A stretch of 64,000 bases of DNA, taken from Bacteroidales bacterium (lineage in GTDB: Bacteria; Bacteroidota; Bacteroidia; Bacteroidales; UBA1402). Below are positions 1 to 10,436 of this stretch, one piece after another. The translations under genes and the position numbers were made by a program. The stretch's first letter is position 1, and the number at the start of each line of letters is the position of its first letter. The notes beneath the pieces are model-generated. The model was not told the origin of the DNA. It saw only the letters and a program-made list of their open reading frames with translations, and searched no databases. The stretch spans positions 513 through 64,512 of the forward strand of contig JAQVXI010000007.1 of assembly GCA_028709215.1 (NCBI GenBank), read 5' to 3'.

Positions 1-1676
1 TGCTCTTTTACGTATTTCAGGCTGTCCATAAACCGAGATTCTGCTCCCATCAATGCGGCAGCCTCGAGGGTATTGGAAAACAAGTCGTAAACCATTTGGT
101 TGTCCATAGTCGCACCGGCAACGATGACAAAATCCCGTTTGCCATGGACGTTCGGCTTATTTTCCGGAGAGTACGACGGTGCCACCACCAACCAATTGTT
201 TTCGGGCTCACGCACCAAAAAATCCAGAAAAAACAAACTGGCATCCCGCATCAATGGATAGACTTCTGCTAAATAAGCTTTGTCACCGGAAAAGAGGAAT
301 CGATCCCATAGATGCTGGCAAAACCAGGCATTACAGGTAGGCCAAATGCCATATGCGGCTCCATCAACGGCTCCGGTACTTCTCCAGATATCCGTATTGT
401 GATGCAAGGTCCAACCGCGACATCCATACATCTCAGCAGCGGCCTTGCCTTGTTGGGCAACTTCACGCACAAGACGCAAAAAAGGTTCGTGCATCTCAGG
501 CAAATTGCATAGTTCTGCCGGCCAATAATTCATTTCCACATTGATGTCGGTCGTGTACTTGCCATCCCAGGGAGCACGTAGATCTTTGTTCCAGATTCCC
601 TGAAGATTGGCCGCCTGACCTCCTGGTTGCGAACTGGCAATCAACAGATACCGACCAAACTGAAAATAGGTAGCGGCGAGTTCCGGATCCCACGTAGAGG
701 CAAATTCCTCCACACGCACATCCGTCGGTTTTTCGGATTGGGGGCTACTGCCCAGATCCAGTTGAACGCGATTGAAATAGAACTGATGACGTTGTATGTG
801 CTCGTTTAATGCCTTTGCATAGGGCTTACGAAACGCCTTTAGCCGTTGTGTTGCCTGTTTTTGTGCATCTCCATCGACCCGGGTATAATCGGTAAAGTTG
901 GTTCCTATGGAAACGCAGAGCAGCACTTCGTTGGCATCGCGCACCTGCAACAGACTGTCTCCCAAGGTGGTGATCCGACCGCCTTTGGCTTGAATGTCTG
1001 ATAGTGCCGTAAATCGTACCAATCCTTCTATGCCTTCGTGGTTGCTCGCTTTTCCATTGAGTTGCAAACATGTTTTGGAGGCCAATCGACGCTCGACCTG
1101 AGACGTATACGGGGTCGAGAAACGTGCATCAAAGGATATCTTGTGTTTCTGATCGGCGGTTAAACGTATGATGAGAACGTCATCTGTTAAGGAAGTAAAT
1201 GCTTCCCGGGTATACGTTACTCCTTCCGAAACAAAACGGGTGGTGACCAATGCACGGGACAAATCCAACGAACGATGATATTGCTCATACGCCTGGATGC
1301 CTACAAAATCCAAATGCAACGAACCCACGGTTTGGTAAGGCATGCCGTTGGCGGTCTGTGAGGCAATCGTCGTTTGACACAATTGCTGCGCGGCTGCATT
1401 TTTTCCGGAAAAAATCAACGCCCGAATTTGAGGCAACGCTTCCTGGGCCAATGGATTGGTATTGTTGTGTGGTCCCCCACCCCAAACATGCTCCTCGTTC
1501 AATTGGAACGCTTCGTGTATCGGATCGCCGTAGACCATGGCACCCAGCCGGCCGTTTCCCAAAGGTAAGGCTTCTACCCACTCCTTGGCCGGCTTATCGT
1601 ACCACAAAACATTGGGTTTCGCGTATCCGCATACACTCGTCACAACCATCAATAGAAAAATCAGGTATGTTTTCAT
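1..1676 (-). CDS. Glycoside hydrolase family 95 (alpha-L-fucosidase / alpha-L-galactosidase type), N-terminal ~558 aa; the C-terminus lies beyond the left window edge
   Basis: Absent from the supplied ORF track because no stop codon falls inside the window. Hand translation of the minus strand from the ATG at 1676 gives MKTYLIFLLMVVTSVCGYAKPNVLWYDKPAKEWVEALPLGNGRLGAMVYG...ANLQGIWNKDLRAPWDGKYTTDINVEMNYWPAE...GWTLHHNTDIW. The frame stays open to base 3. Signal peptide plus GH95-like motifs. Confidence 0.8.
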   Translation of the reverse strand, partial: MKTYLIFLLMVVTSVCGYAKPNVLWYDKPAKEWVEALPLGNGRLGAMVYGDPIHEAFQLNEEHVWGGGPHNNTNPLAQEALPQIRALIFSGKNAAAQQLCQTTIASQTANGMPYQTVGSLHLDFVGIQAYEQYHRSLDLSRALVTTRFVSEGVTYTREAFTSLTDDVLIIRLTADQKHKISFDARFSTPYTSQVERRLASKTCLQLNGKASNHEGIEGLVRFTALSDIQAKGGRITTLGDSLLQVRDANEVLLCVSIGTNFTDYTRVDGDAQKQATQRLKAFRKPYAKALNEHIQRHQFYFNRVQLDLGSSPQSEKPTDVRVEEFASTWDPELAATYFQFGRYLLIASSQPGGQAANLQGIWNKDLRAPWDGKYTTDINVEMNYWPAELCNLPEMHEPFLRLVREVAQQGKAAAEMYGCRGWTLHHNTDIWRSTGAVDGAAYGIWPTCNAWFCQHLWDRFLFSGDKAYLAEVYPLMRDASLFFLDFLVREPENNWLVVAPSYSPENKPNVHGKRDFVIVAGATMDNQMVYDLFSNTLEAAALMGAESRFMDSLKYVKE

Positions 1677-1684
1677 TTGCTTCG

Positions 1685-3172
1685 TTATAAAGTTGCTAAA
1701 TCCACTTCTTCGTACTGTACCTCCGGCTTACCATGCGCCTGAATGATCACATTTTGCAGACGCACATTGGTCAGATCCTTGTACACAAGACCTTCTTTGG
1801 CTTCCAATACGGCATTTTTCAATACAATATTTTCCAAATGCATTTCCGGTAAGCCCTGAAATAAGGCAGCCCGCTGCGCTCCTTTGCAATAGATGTCCTG
1901 CATAAAAATGTTTCTAAACTGAGGTGTCCCTTCATTTACTTCGTACACAACCGTATCGTTCCCCTTATTGCCATAATACAAGTCATACAAGATGGCATCG
2001 CGTTTGATGTTGCTCATATAGACACGTTCGATGTGTATGTTTTCAACCACACCGCCTCTTCCTCGGGTGCTTTTAAACCGAAGTCCGTTATCTGTGCCGG
2101 TAAAACGGCAATCACTCAAGTATACATTGCGAACCCCACCGGACATTTCACTTCCTACCACAAAACCTCCGTGACCGTTGTATACGGTGCAATTGTGGAT
2201 GCGCACATTTTGAGTCGGAACGCCTCGGGCTCTGCCTTCGGCATCCTTGCCGGATTTGAGACAAATGCCATCATCTCCGGCATCAAAATGGCTGTCTGTG
2301 ACCAACACATTCGAACAGGATTCAATATCCAATGCATCTCCATTGGCTGCCCAGTCATCGTTTTTAACCCGAATGTTTCGAATCGTTACATTGTTGCAAA
2401 GTACAGGATGCAAACACCATGCCGGACTGTTGCGGAATTGAACGCCCTCAATCAACACGTCCGTACAGGATATAAAATTGAGCATGACCGGCCGCAGCCA
2501 TACCTTGATCGCCACGGATTGTTCGTAGCTTCGCTCACCCGGTGCCAAAACAGATTGACTGCCTTCCAATGCGGATTGAGTGGGATACCAAACACTGGCA
2601 TCCTCATTCAAAACACCACCGGAAGCTAACAAATCACGCCATTGAAAGCGATTCACGTTGCCTTGCTTCATGGGACGCCACACATCGCCATTGCCATCAA
2701 AAATGCCCGCTCCTACAATACCGATATTCTTGGCATCGCGTGCATAGATGGGTGCTTTTGCCCTCCAGCCATAAGCACCTTCATAATATGTTTGTACCAG
2801 GGGGTATTGGTCAAAATTCGAAGAAAAAAGCACCAGCGTTCCGGATTGCGTACGAAGACAGACCCCATCCTTCAACTCAATGGGTCCGGTAGACCACAAA
2901 CCTTCCGGAACGTCCACATACCCTCCACCCTTTTGATGAATCGCCTGAATGGCATCGGCAAAGGCCGCTGTATTATCTTTCAGACCGTCTCCAACGGCTC
3001 CATACTCCACAATGGACACACTCCGATTGGGAAAGGTGGGTGGATCAAAAGAAATCAGCCCAACGGGGTTGTTTTTATACAAGAACTCAGCGGAAGTGAT
3101 TTCCGGTCTGTTTGAACACGATAAGGCAAGAATTGCCATTAGAAGTAGCATTAGAAAAGGTCTTTGTCGCAT
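1685..3172 (-). CDS. Glycoside hydrolase family 28 (polygalacturonase / rhamnogalacturonase-like), lipoprotein
   Basis: 495-aa ORF. Lipoprotein-type signal (LALSC). Parallel beta-helix GH28 motifs NGDALDIESC, DAGDDGICLKSG, HGGFVVGSE and RFKSTRGRGG. Its stop lies 8 nt upstream of the GH95 start. Confidence 0.85.
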   Translation of the reverse strand: MRQRPFLMLLLMAILALSCSNRPEITSAEFLYKNNPVGLISFDPPTFPNRSVSIVEYGAVGDGLKDNTAAFADAIQAIHQKGGGYVDVPEGLWSTGPIELKDGVCLRTQSGTLVLFSSNFDQYPLVQTYYEGAYGWRAKAPIYARDAKNIGIVGAGIFDGNGDVWRPMKQGNVNRFQWRDLLASGGVLNEDASVWYPTQSALEGSQSVLAPGERSYEQSVAIKVWLRPVMLNFISCTDVLIEGVQFRNSPAWCLHPVLCNNVTIRNIRVKNDDWAANGDALDIESCSNVLVTDSHFDAGDDGICLKSGKDAEGRARGVPTQNVRIHNCTVYNGHGGFVVGSEMSGGVRNVYLSDCRFTGTDNGLRFKSTRGRGGVVENIHIERVYMSNIKRDAILYDLYYGNKGNDTVVYEVNEGTPQFRNIFMQDIYCKGAQRAALFQGLPEMHLENIVLKNAVLEAKEGLVYKDLTNVRLQNVIIQAHGKPEVQYEEVDLATL

Positions 3173-3189
3173 CTTTTTTGATTTTACGC

Positions 3190-3224
3190 AACAAAAATAA
3201 ACCCCTGCTTTTGACAGCAGGGGT
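3190..3224 (-). terminator. Rho-independent terminator after the GH3 gene
   Basis: Minus strand reads ACCCCTGCT-GTCAAA-AGCAGGGGT (9-bp stem) followed by TTATTTTTGTT, about 30 nt past the GH3 stop. Confidence 0.7.
3192..3199 (-). promoter_or_regulatory. Bacteroidota -7 promoter box (TAttTTTG) for the GH28-GH95 unit
   Basis: Minus strand reads TATTTTTG, 20 nt upstream of the GH28 ATG (3172). It overlaps the T-tract of the preceding terminator. Confidence 0.4.
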
Positions 3225-3255
3225 AAATTCCGTTTCTATATAGGGAAAACTCGGT

Positions 3256-5841
3256 TTATTGGACGTTGATCGTCAATCGCTTCAACATGTTTTCATCCGA
3301 GCTGGATCCGTATAGTATCTCGTAGTTACCGGGCTGGACCTTCATGCGGCCCGTAGCGGCATCAAAGCACTCAAAACTTTTGTAGTTTAATTCCAAAGGA
3401 ACGTTCACGGAAGACCCGGCAGGAATCTCAATCCGGGCAAATTGACGCAACGATTTTATGGGACCGTCCACATCCTTTGGATTGCGAACATAGACCTGCA
3501 CCACTTCGGCACCATCCATTCGTCCGGTATTTTTGACCCTTACCTGCAACGTAACGCTTTCATCGGGCCGGATGGTCTTGGCGCTCAGTTTGGCTTTGCG
3601 ATATTTAAAATTCGTATAACTCAAGCCATGGCCAAACGGATAGATGGCTTGGCCTTTGTAATATCGATACGTTCGATTCTTCATCGAATAATCCTCAAAA
3701 TCGGGCAGTTCCTTAGTCGAGGCATAAAACGTCAACGGCAAACGTCCGGAGGGATTGTAGTCTCCAAACAAAACGTCGGCAACCGCCGTTCCACCTTCCT
3801 GGCCGGGATACCAAGCAGCCAAAATGGCATCCAATGCTTCGCTTTCCCAAGGTAAAGCCATCGAGCTTCCGGAGCACAGAATAAAGACAACGGGCTTACC
3901 GGTTGCTTCCAGCGCCTTTAGCATTTTCTGTTGTACCTGAGGCAATTCAATTTCCGTGCGATCACCGCCTCTAAATCCGGGATAATTAACACGCATCTCT
4001 TCCCCTTCCAGGCTGGGAGAAAGTCCTCCGGCAAACAGAATCACATCGTAATCTTTGACCTGCTCTGCAACGGCAGCGTAGTCCAAATAGGAAATCACGT
4101 CCATATCAAAGTGTAAATGTGCACCTCTGTTGGTCTGAAAATATTCAACGACGATGTTATAGGTTTTGTCTTTCTCCACAAACAATACATATTCCTCTTT
4201 TTGGGTACGCTCCTTCCATGCATCCACAACCAGTGCGTCGTTTACATACATTCGAATGCCATCGTCCGAATTACTGCGCAACACAATCTCTCCGTCAAAC
4301 GAAGCGGTATAATTGGACTCAAATCGGGCAGAAAAATTTTCCAATTCCACTCCGGCGGCAAAAGCAGTATTCCCTCCATTGCTGAAACGGAATGGAGCCA
4401 TCACGTGTTCCTCTGCAACCGGCGCACCGGCCAGTCCGATGTTGTTCCAGTACTGAGCCCGGAAACCGACTTTTCCATCCATTTGGCAATCGCCGCCAAC
4501 ATTACGGAAGACACGATCGTCTACCAAATCACAGGCTTTGTCGTAGTATAACCGATCCGCTCCGATTTTTTTCTGAATACCTTCCAGAATGGTCACGGTT
4601 TGCGTGGGGAATCCGTTGTAATTGGCCCATTGCATGACAGAGTCGTGTGCATTTGGTCCGAGAAGTGCAACTTTTGCCGTCTTTGAAATGGGCAAAACGC
4701 CTTCATTCTTTAATAGGACGATGCTTTTTTGCGCCATCTCCAAGGCCTGTTGCACGTGTTTGGGGCTTTCTACGACCGAATACGGTATGTTGGACCATGA
4801 AACCAGTGAATCCGAATCCAACATACCCAATTGAAACCGGGCTCTAAAAATACGCTGCAAAGAAACATCCAATTCAGATTCTTTGATCAAACCCTTACGG
4901 ACGCTTTCGATCAACGCAGCGTATTCTCCCCCGCAACACAAGTCGGTTCCCGATAAAACGGCATCCGCTGAAGCCTCAACCAGCGAGGGGTGGGTGTTGT
5001 GTCGCTGATCGCCGACAAAATCCTTAATTGCACCACAATCCGATACAATGATGTCGTCAAAGCCCCACTCCTCTCTCAGAATACGAATCAGCAATTCTTT
5101 GTTGGAGCAACAGGGTTCTCCTTCAAAACGATTGTAGGCACACATCACTTCGCGCACGTTGCCTTCTTTGACCAACGCCTCAAATGCAGGAAGATAGGTT
5201 TCCCACAAATCACGATCGGCTATATTCTTGGCATCGTAACTGTGTCGGTTCCATTCCGGTCCACTATGCACGGCATAGTGTTTGGCACAGGCATGCGTTT
5301 TATCATACATCGAACTTCCATCACCTTGCAAACCAAGTACGGCAGCAAGCCCCATTTGCGTCGTCAGATAGGGATCCTCCCCATAGGTTTCCATACCTCT
5401 TCCCCATCTGGGATCTCGGAATATGTTGATGTTTGGCGTCCAAAAGGTCAAACCCTGATAGCGTTTAAACGAGTTTATGCTTTTAAAATAGTGGTGTTTG
5501 GCTCTGGCCTCATCCGAAATCATATCAAACGTTTTGAATAATGCCGGGACGTCAAATGTTGCAGCCATGCCGATGGTTTGCGGAAACACGGTTGCTTGGC
5601 CAGCTCGGGCTACTCCGTGCAACGCTTCATTCCACCATTCGACCGGAGGTATTCCAAGTCTCGATATTCCGGGCGCATTGTTCATCATCTGATCCACTTT
5701 TTCTTCCAGCGTCAAACGACCGATCAAGTCTTTGCTCCGCTCATCCGGGCTCAGACTTGGATCTTGATAAGGCTCCAACGCATGAAGTGATCCAAAAAGA
5801 GCAAATACCATTAAAATCAACAAACCAATCCGTTTTCTCAT
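3256..5841 (-). CDS. Glycoside hydrolase family 3 (beta-glucosidase / beta-xylosidase type) with an inserted PA14 domain
   Basis: The longest ORF starts at 5958, but that start overlaps the HTCS gene. The internal start MRKRIGLLILMVFALFGSLHA (ATG 5841) gives a signal peptide. GH3 motifs present (NIFRDPRWGRGMETYGEDP, KHYAVHSG, IIVSDCGA). PA14-like insert (FRAQYWNN...GIRMYVNDALVVDAW). Fn3-like C-terminus. Confidence 0.85.
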   Translation of the reverse strand: MRKRIGLLILMVFALFGSLHALEPYQDPSLSPDERSKDLIGRLTLEEKVDQMMNNAPGISRLGIPPVEWWNEALHGVARAGQATVFPQTIGMAATFDVPALFKTFDMISDEARAKHHYFKSINSFKRYQGLTFWTPNINIFRDPRWGRGMETYGEDPYLTTQMGLAAVLGLQGDGSSMYDKTHACAKHYAVHSGPEWNRHSYDAKNIADRDLWETYLPAFEALVKEGNVREVMCAYNRFEGEPCCSNKELLIRILREEWGFDDIIVSDCGAIKDFVGDQRHNTHPSLVEASADAVLSGTDLCCGGEYAALIESVRKGLIKESELDVSLQRIFRARFQLGMLDSDSLVSWSNIPYSVVESPKHVQQALEMAQKSIVLLKNEGVLPISKTAKVALLGPNAHDSVMQWANYNGFPTQTVTILEGIQKKIGADRLYYDKACDLVDDRVFRNVGGDCQMDGKVGFRAQYWNNIGLAGAPVAEEHVMAPFRFSNGGNTAFAAGVELENFSARFESNYTASFDGEIVLRSNSDDGIRMYVNDALVVDAWKERTQKEEYVLFVEKDKTYNIVVEYFQTNRGAHLHFDMDVISYLDYAAVAEQVKDYDVILFAGGLSPSLEGEEMRVNYPGFRGGDRTEIELPQVQQKMLKALEATGKPVVFILCSGSSMALPWESEALDAILAAWYPGQEGGTAVADVLFGDYNPSGRLPLTFYASTKELPDFEDYSMKNRTYRYYKGQAIYPFGHGLSYTNFKYRKAKLSAKTIRPDESVTLQVRVKNTGRMDGAEVVQVYVRNPKDVDGPIKSLRQFARIEIPAGSSVNVPLELNYKSFECFDAATGRMKVQPGNYEILYGSSSDENMLKRLTINVQ

Positions 5842-5851
5842 TTTTTTAAAT

Positions 5852-8800
5852 TTAATTGGACAACTGTGTATCTTTATATTTTGAAGGTGTATATCCTGTA
5901 ATTTTTTTAAAACATTTACTAAAGTAATTGGAATCGCTGAAACCACACATATAGGCAATTTCCGTCAGACTAAAACCGCCCACTTCCAGCAGTTGAACGG
6001 AACGCTTGATGCGTATATCCCGAATCAAATCAATGGGTGTAATCCCCAACAGCGACTTGACTTTTTTGTAAAAAACCGTACGACTCATGGACAATTCGGT
6101 AGCCAACATATCGATGTTCAATTCCGTGTTGTCCAACTGTTTTTCGAGTATTTGCATCAAATCCTTCAGAAATCGATCATCGTAGGAAGTCACTTGCGGT
6201 TCGGAGGGTTGCAGCTCGACGGGACCTTCCTTTGACGCATTGCTTCCCAGAAGCGTCGAAGAAGACAGCAAGGATTCCTGCCACTCCTGACGCTGTTTGA
6301 GCAACGAACGGATACGGGTCGTGAGATACGATGCACTGAACGGCTTGGTAATGTAATCATCAATTCCTGCCTCCAAACCCTGCAAACGATCTTCTAACGC
6401 CGCTTTTGCCGACAATACAATGATGGGGATGTGGCAAATATCCTTATTTTCTTTGATGCGTCGTACCAATTCCAGCCCATCCATACCGGGCATCATGACA
6501 TCCGTCAGCACCAGATCCGGCAAATGATCCAAGGCCAATTGCAGTCCATCCAAGCCATTATCGGCGGCAAGCACCTTATACTCTCGGGACAAGACATCCT
6601 TTAGGAAGTGGAGCATTTCCGGATTGTCTTCCACAACGAGTACCTGAAACAGTTCTTCCTCAGCACAAGCCTCTTCTCCTTGCTCGCAGCCGTATGTTTC
6701 TTCATACGATCCTCCCAGTCCGTCCGCAACCAACATTTCTGCAAAATCATCCTGTTCAAAATGCTGTCGGCCGGTTTTGAAAAACAGATGAAAACAACTC
6801 CCCTGTTCCAATTCACTTTCGACTTCAATGCGACCGTGATGCAGCTGCATCAACTCCTTGACCAACGATAGACCGATCCCGGAGGACTGTTGATGCATCC
6901 CGGTCGCATTGCCCATTTCGAACCGTTCAAAAATGCTGTCTAAAAGGTGTTTCGGTATGCCACTGCCCTCATCACGAACACTCAACATTACTTCCTGAGG
7001 ATGTGCAAGAACACGGACAACGATGGACTTGTGATCAGACGAATATTTAAATGCATTTGAAAAAAGATTGAATAAAATACGTTCAAATTTGTTGGCATCG
7101 ATCCAAAGCAGCACCGCTGCCTCGTTACACTCAAATCGAAAATCCATCGACTTGGAGGCGGCGATCTGACCGAAGTCTTGCATGGTTTTGCGGATAATCG
7201 GCAATATATCACAAGACTCCACGACCAACTTCATTTTCTTATTTTGAATCTTTCTGAAATCCAAGATCTGATTGACCAGGCTCATCAAATGATTCACGTT
7301 GTTTTGAACCACGTTGAGATGTTTTCGAACGCTGTCCGATATCTCTTCGTTCTCCAGCACATCGGCAACCGGACAGGAGATCAACGTTAGCGGGGTTCGC
7401 AAATCGTGTGAAATGTCGGTAAAAAAGCGGAGTTTGACGTCCGATAGTTGTTGTTCCACATCAACCTTGTGTCTGAGTCTGTAAATATACATCCAAACAT
7501 ACACAACCAATCCAATCAACAACAACGACGTCAAAACCATCAACAACCACGCCCAGGGTGTTTCCCAAAACGTAGGCAGCACCTGAATGGGCAATGTGGC
7601 CAACTGTTTTGTCCAAAGCCCATCCCCATTGGTGCTTCTTAACTCAAACACATACGAGCCGTGCGGCAAATTGACATAGACCGCCGAGCGATTGCTTCCC
7701 TCATAATGCCAGGATTCATCCAAACCAGACAATCGATACGCATATTGTACGTCGTCCGGATTTTTATAATCCAGCGCCGCATACTGTATGGTCAGATTGC
7801 GTTGATTGGGTTCGAGAATCAGTTCAGACAAGCCCTGTACGGACTGCGTTAAATCCTTTCCCTGGATTTTTATACCGGTAAAATACAAAGGGGGTTCATA
7901 GGTATCCTGTTGATACGTTTGGGGATTGAAAACAAAAACACCCTTATCGGTACCCACCCAAATGGTGTGATCGTCCAAATGCAACAACGTCGCTTCCGAA
8001 TACAGAAGTCGGTCGTTGTACCCATTCATCTTGAGGTGTACCCAGCGTTGATCGGCCTCATACCAACGAGAAATGCCCGTTGTCGAAATCAACCACAGCT
8101 TTCCGGCCGAATCTTCCGTCATGACCCGCGTCAAATTGGATCGCAACCCATTCTGTTGATTAAAAATCTCAAACGTCAGTGCCTCATTCAGCAGCCCGGG
8201 GCTAAGCAACCGGTTTAATCCTCCATTTTGCGTAATCACATAGACCTGTTTGCGACTATCCTCAAAGACAGCCATCACATCGTTGGCACTGAGCGATGCA
8301 GCATCGTTGGGTCGACGGATGTTTCGGTAAAAGCGAATCTGCTCGGGATAATCAAAATCTCCGTCAAACGTGATGAGACCATCCAGCGTACCTGCAGCGA
8401 TCACTCCGTTATGCAGCTCGGTCAAGCATCGTACATTCTGAACAATATCCTTCGGGTAATTTTTCAATCGATTGTCGTTATTAAGAAAACGAATGCTCCC
8501 ATCCGATTGCTCTTCCACCAGATTCAATCCACCTTCGTAGGTGCCAACCCAAATGCGTCCGTGACGATCCTCCATCAAGGCATAGACACTGGATCCCTTC
8601 AACGCAAACACATCGTTCGAATTGGGTTGAAAGTGTTGAATCTGATAGGATGTACCCTTACCCAAATCACTTAGACAGAACAAGCCATCCATTTTTGTAC
8701 CCAGCCATATTCGACCTTTGGAGTCTTCCATGATACGATACACATTGGAGCCAAAAACCGTTCGATTTGCGACAATACGTCCATCCGATGACAAATACCC

Positions 8801-10213
8801 CAGACTTCGTCTTTCCTTGTTGTAGAGCCGAATTACGGCACTTTTCGTTGCCGTCCATACGCGCCCGTATGCATCTTGATGCAACGAACGTACTTCAACA
8901 TCTCCGGGTTCTACCGTGAAATGCTCAAACGAACCCGTAAACAAAGACAACTTCCAAAGCCCTTTACCGGAGCCGGTCCAAATATTGCCCTGTCCATCCA
9001 CCTGAACATTCCTTAAGGGCGGGGTAACGGGCACTTCCTGATCGACGACACGCTCATAAGCCGTCTTCAGCGAATTGCTTTCCGGATCGTAATACGACAA
9101 TTGTCCTCCTTTCGGCACAACCCATACTCGTCCGGATTCATCCTGGTGCGCAAAAAAACGGTTGAATTCAGCATTGGGTGAAAGAACCAGAGGCGATTGC
9201 AGTCGAATGGGATTGGCCTCTGATGCGACATAAATCACTCCATCATCGGCTCCATGCAACCAAAAACCACCCTGTCTATCCTCGTACATCAACTGAGCCT
9301 CATCCCGTTCACCGGGTTTTGTAACAAGATGAATTTGTTTGAGCAAGCCTCCGGATGCATCCAGGAGCAACAATCCGGCATTGCTACCCAGGGCGATGCG
9401 ACGGTCGGAAACGGAGTTCATGAAAAAGACAGTACCCACATCCTCCGGCAGCGAAACAAATTGCAGGGTTCTGGTTTTCCGATCAAACTGTGCCAATCGC
9501 CCATCTTGTGTTGCCAACCAGATGGATTGCTGGTGTTCCAAAAAAAACTGAAAGGGATAATCACTGGCGAAAGCATCTTTACCCAAGACCTTCAAACCTT
9601 TATCCGTCAAAAGCCATTCATTGCCCATCGCATCCAAATGCACACCGTATATGGATCCCTTAATCTTTCCGTCAAAGGTGCCAAAGACTTCAACCGCCCG
9701 ATCATACGAAACCTCGTCTTGCAACAGCAGCGAGTCAATTACCCGGAATCCGATCGATCCGTTTGCAAGAATCCAGGTCACTCCGTTGGAGAGCGGCTGA
9801 ATATCTGTGATTTCAAAGTGTTGGTGCATGTGCTGTTCCATCGGAAGCAGCACATCAATAAAACGTCGCTTCTGAGTCTGAAACAAATAGGCCTTGCTTT
9901 CGTGATTCAGGCACCAGATGTTGCCGGTTGTACTCAATCTCAAATGATTGATTCGACTGTTTCGCATGGTACAACCATCACCCGGCTGGGGACCGTAATT
10001 GACAAACTCATGTCCATCAAATCGGGAAAGACCATTCCACGTACTAACCCAAATCATTCCGTTCTGATCCTGAAGCACACCGGTTACAATATTGTGCGGC
10101 AAGCCTTCCTCAAACGAATACCGTTGCATGCGGCAGTGAGGCTGGGCATACAATCCAATGTGGAAGAGTAGTATGCTGGCAATTAAGCTTAATTTTATAC
10201 AATCATTTTTCAT
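5852..10213 (-). CDS. Hybrid two-component system regulator (HTCS): periplasmic beta-propeller/Y_Y_Y sensor, HisKA-HATPase, receiver, AraC-type HTH
   Basis: About 1453 aa from MKNDCIKLSLIASILLF. Repeated propeller-like WVGT/WLGT segments and one TM helix. H-box DISHDLRTPLT. ATPase boxes (NLFSNAFKY, DEGSGIP, GIGLSLV). Receiver VLVVEDNPEM...DVMMPGMDG...TKPF. C-terminal AraC HTH (YMCGFSDSNYFSKCFKK). Confidence 0.9.
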   Translation of the reverse strand: MKNDCIKLSLIASILLFHIGLYAQPHCRMQRYSFEEGLPHNIVTGVLQDQNGMIWVSTWNGLSRFDGHEFVNYGPQPGDGCTMRNSRINHLRLSTTGNIWCLNHESKAYLFQTQKRRFIDVLLPMEQHMHQHFEITDIQPLSNGVTWILANGSIGFRVIDSLLLQDEVSYDRAVEVFGTFDGKIKGSIYGVHLDAMGNEWLLTDKGLKVLGKDAFASDYPFQFFLEHQQSIWLATQDGRLAQFDRKTRTLQFVSLPEDVGTVFFMNSVSDRRIALGSNAGLLLLDASGGLLKQIHLVTKPGERDEAQLMYEDRQGGFWLHGADDGVIYVASEANPIRLQSPLVLSPNAEFNRFFAHQDESGRVWVVPKGGQLSYYDPESNSLKTAYERVVDQEVPVTPPLRNVQVDGQGNIWTGSGKGLWKLSLFTGSFEHFTVEPGDVEVRSLHQDAYGRVWTATKSAVIRLYNKERRSLGYLSSDGRIVANRTVFGSNVYRIMEDSKGRIWLGTKMDGLFCLSDLGKGTSYQIQHFQPNSNDVFALKGSSVYALMEDRHGRIWVGTYEGGLNLVEEQSDGSIRFLNNDNRLKNYPKDIVQNVRCLTELHNGVIAAGTLDGLITFDGDFDYPEQIRFYRNIRRPNDAASLSANDVMAVFEDSRKQVYVITQNGGLNRLLSPGLLNEALTFEIFNQQNGLRSNLTRVMTEDSAGKLWLISTTGISRWYEADQRWVHLKMNGYNDRLLYSEATLLHLDDHTIWVGTDKGVFVFNPQTYQQDTYEPPLYFTGIKIQGKDLTQSVQGLSELILEPNQRNLTIQYAALDYKNPDDVQYAYRLSGLDESWHYEGSNRSAVYVNLPHGSYVFELRSTNGDGLWTKQLATLPIQVLPTFWETPWAWLLMVLTSLLLIGLVVYVWMYIYRLRHKVDVEQQLSDVKLRFFTDISHDLRTPLTLISCPVADVLENEEISDSVRKHLNVVQNNVNHLMSLVNQILDFRKIQNKKMKLVVESCDILPIIRKTMQDFGQIAASKSMDFRFECNEAAVLLWIDANKFERILFNLFSNAFKYSSDHKSIVVRVLAHPQEVMLSVRDEGSGIPKHLLDSIFERFEMGNATGMHQQSSGIGLSLVKELMQLHHGRIEVESELEQGSCFHLFFKTGRQHFEQDDFAEMLVADGLGGSYEETYGCEQGEEACAEEELFQVLVVEDNPEMLHFLKDVLSREYKVLAADNGLDGLQLALDHLPDLVLTDVMMPGMDGLELVRRIKENKDICHIPIIVLSAKAALEDRLQGLEAGIDDYITKPFSASYLTTRIRSLLKQRQEWQESLLSSSTLLGSNASKEGPVELQPSEPQVTSYDDRFLKDLMQILEKQLDNTELNIDMLATELSMSRTVFYKKVKSLLGITPIDLIRDIRIKRSVQLLEVGGFSLTEIAYMCGFSDSNYFSKCFKKITGYTPSKYKDTQLSN

Positions 10214-10398
10214 CGCACTCAAATAAGGTAAGGCACAATGCCTCAAGTACAAAAGTCTTGCAAAATAGGCATAATCATGTGTAAATATCGTTTGAAAATC
10301 GGCATTTTTTTTACAAGTAGGATACCTGTTTGATAAAAATCGAACATTTTATACCAAAAAACGAACATATTATCCCGTAGGCTCCCGTTATGCCACTG

Positions 10399-10406
10399 TA
10401 TCTTTG
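10399..10406 (+). promoter_or_regulatory. Bacteroidota -7 promoter box (TAtcTTTG) for GH105 / PL1-like genes
   Basis: TATCTTTG lies 30 nt upstream of the GH105 ATG (10437), in the divergent HTCS/GH105 intergenic region. Confidence 0.45.
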
Positions 10407-10436
10407 TACGATCATACGTTGTAAACCCGCCAAACC

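Noticed and set aside
5842-5958. N-terminal extensions in the longest-ORF calls for GH3, HTCS, YgiW-like, LysR, yeiH-like, PRTase, metH, kdsA, susC-like, gyrB, S41, OM barrel, GH115 and pmbA.
   Set aside because: The extensions overlap the upstream gene or a promoter box and precede an obvious signal peptide or the conserved N-terminus. The internal ATGs give family-typical starts, so I used those.
9254-10171. Long antisense ORFs inside large genes. These are 305 aa at 9254-10171, 225 aa at 20246-20923, 225 aa at 26405-27082, 205 aa at 29994-30611, 218 aa at 58395-59051, and about 200 aa at 2033-2629, 18715-19326, 35609-36214 and 54791-55387.
   Set aside because: All lie fully opposite ORFs with strong family motifs. 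Their translations are low-complexity and rich in R, Q, S and I, with no recognisable domains, signal peptides or promoter boxes. This is typical shadow-ORF behaviour.
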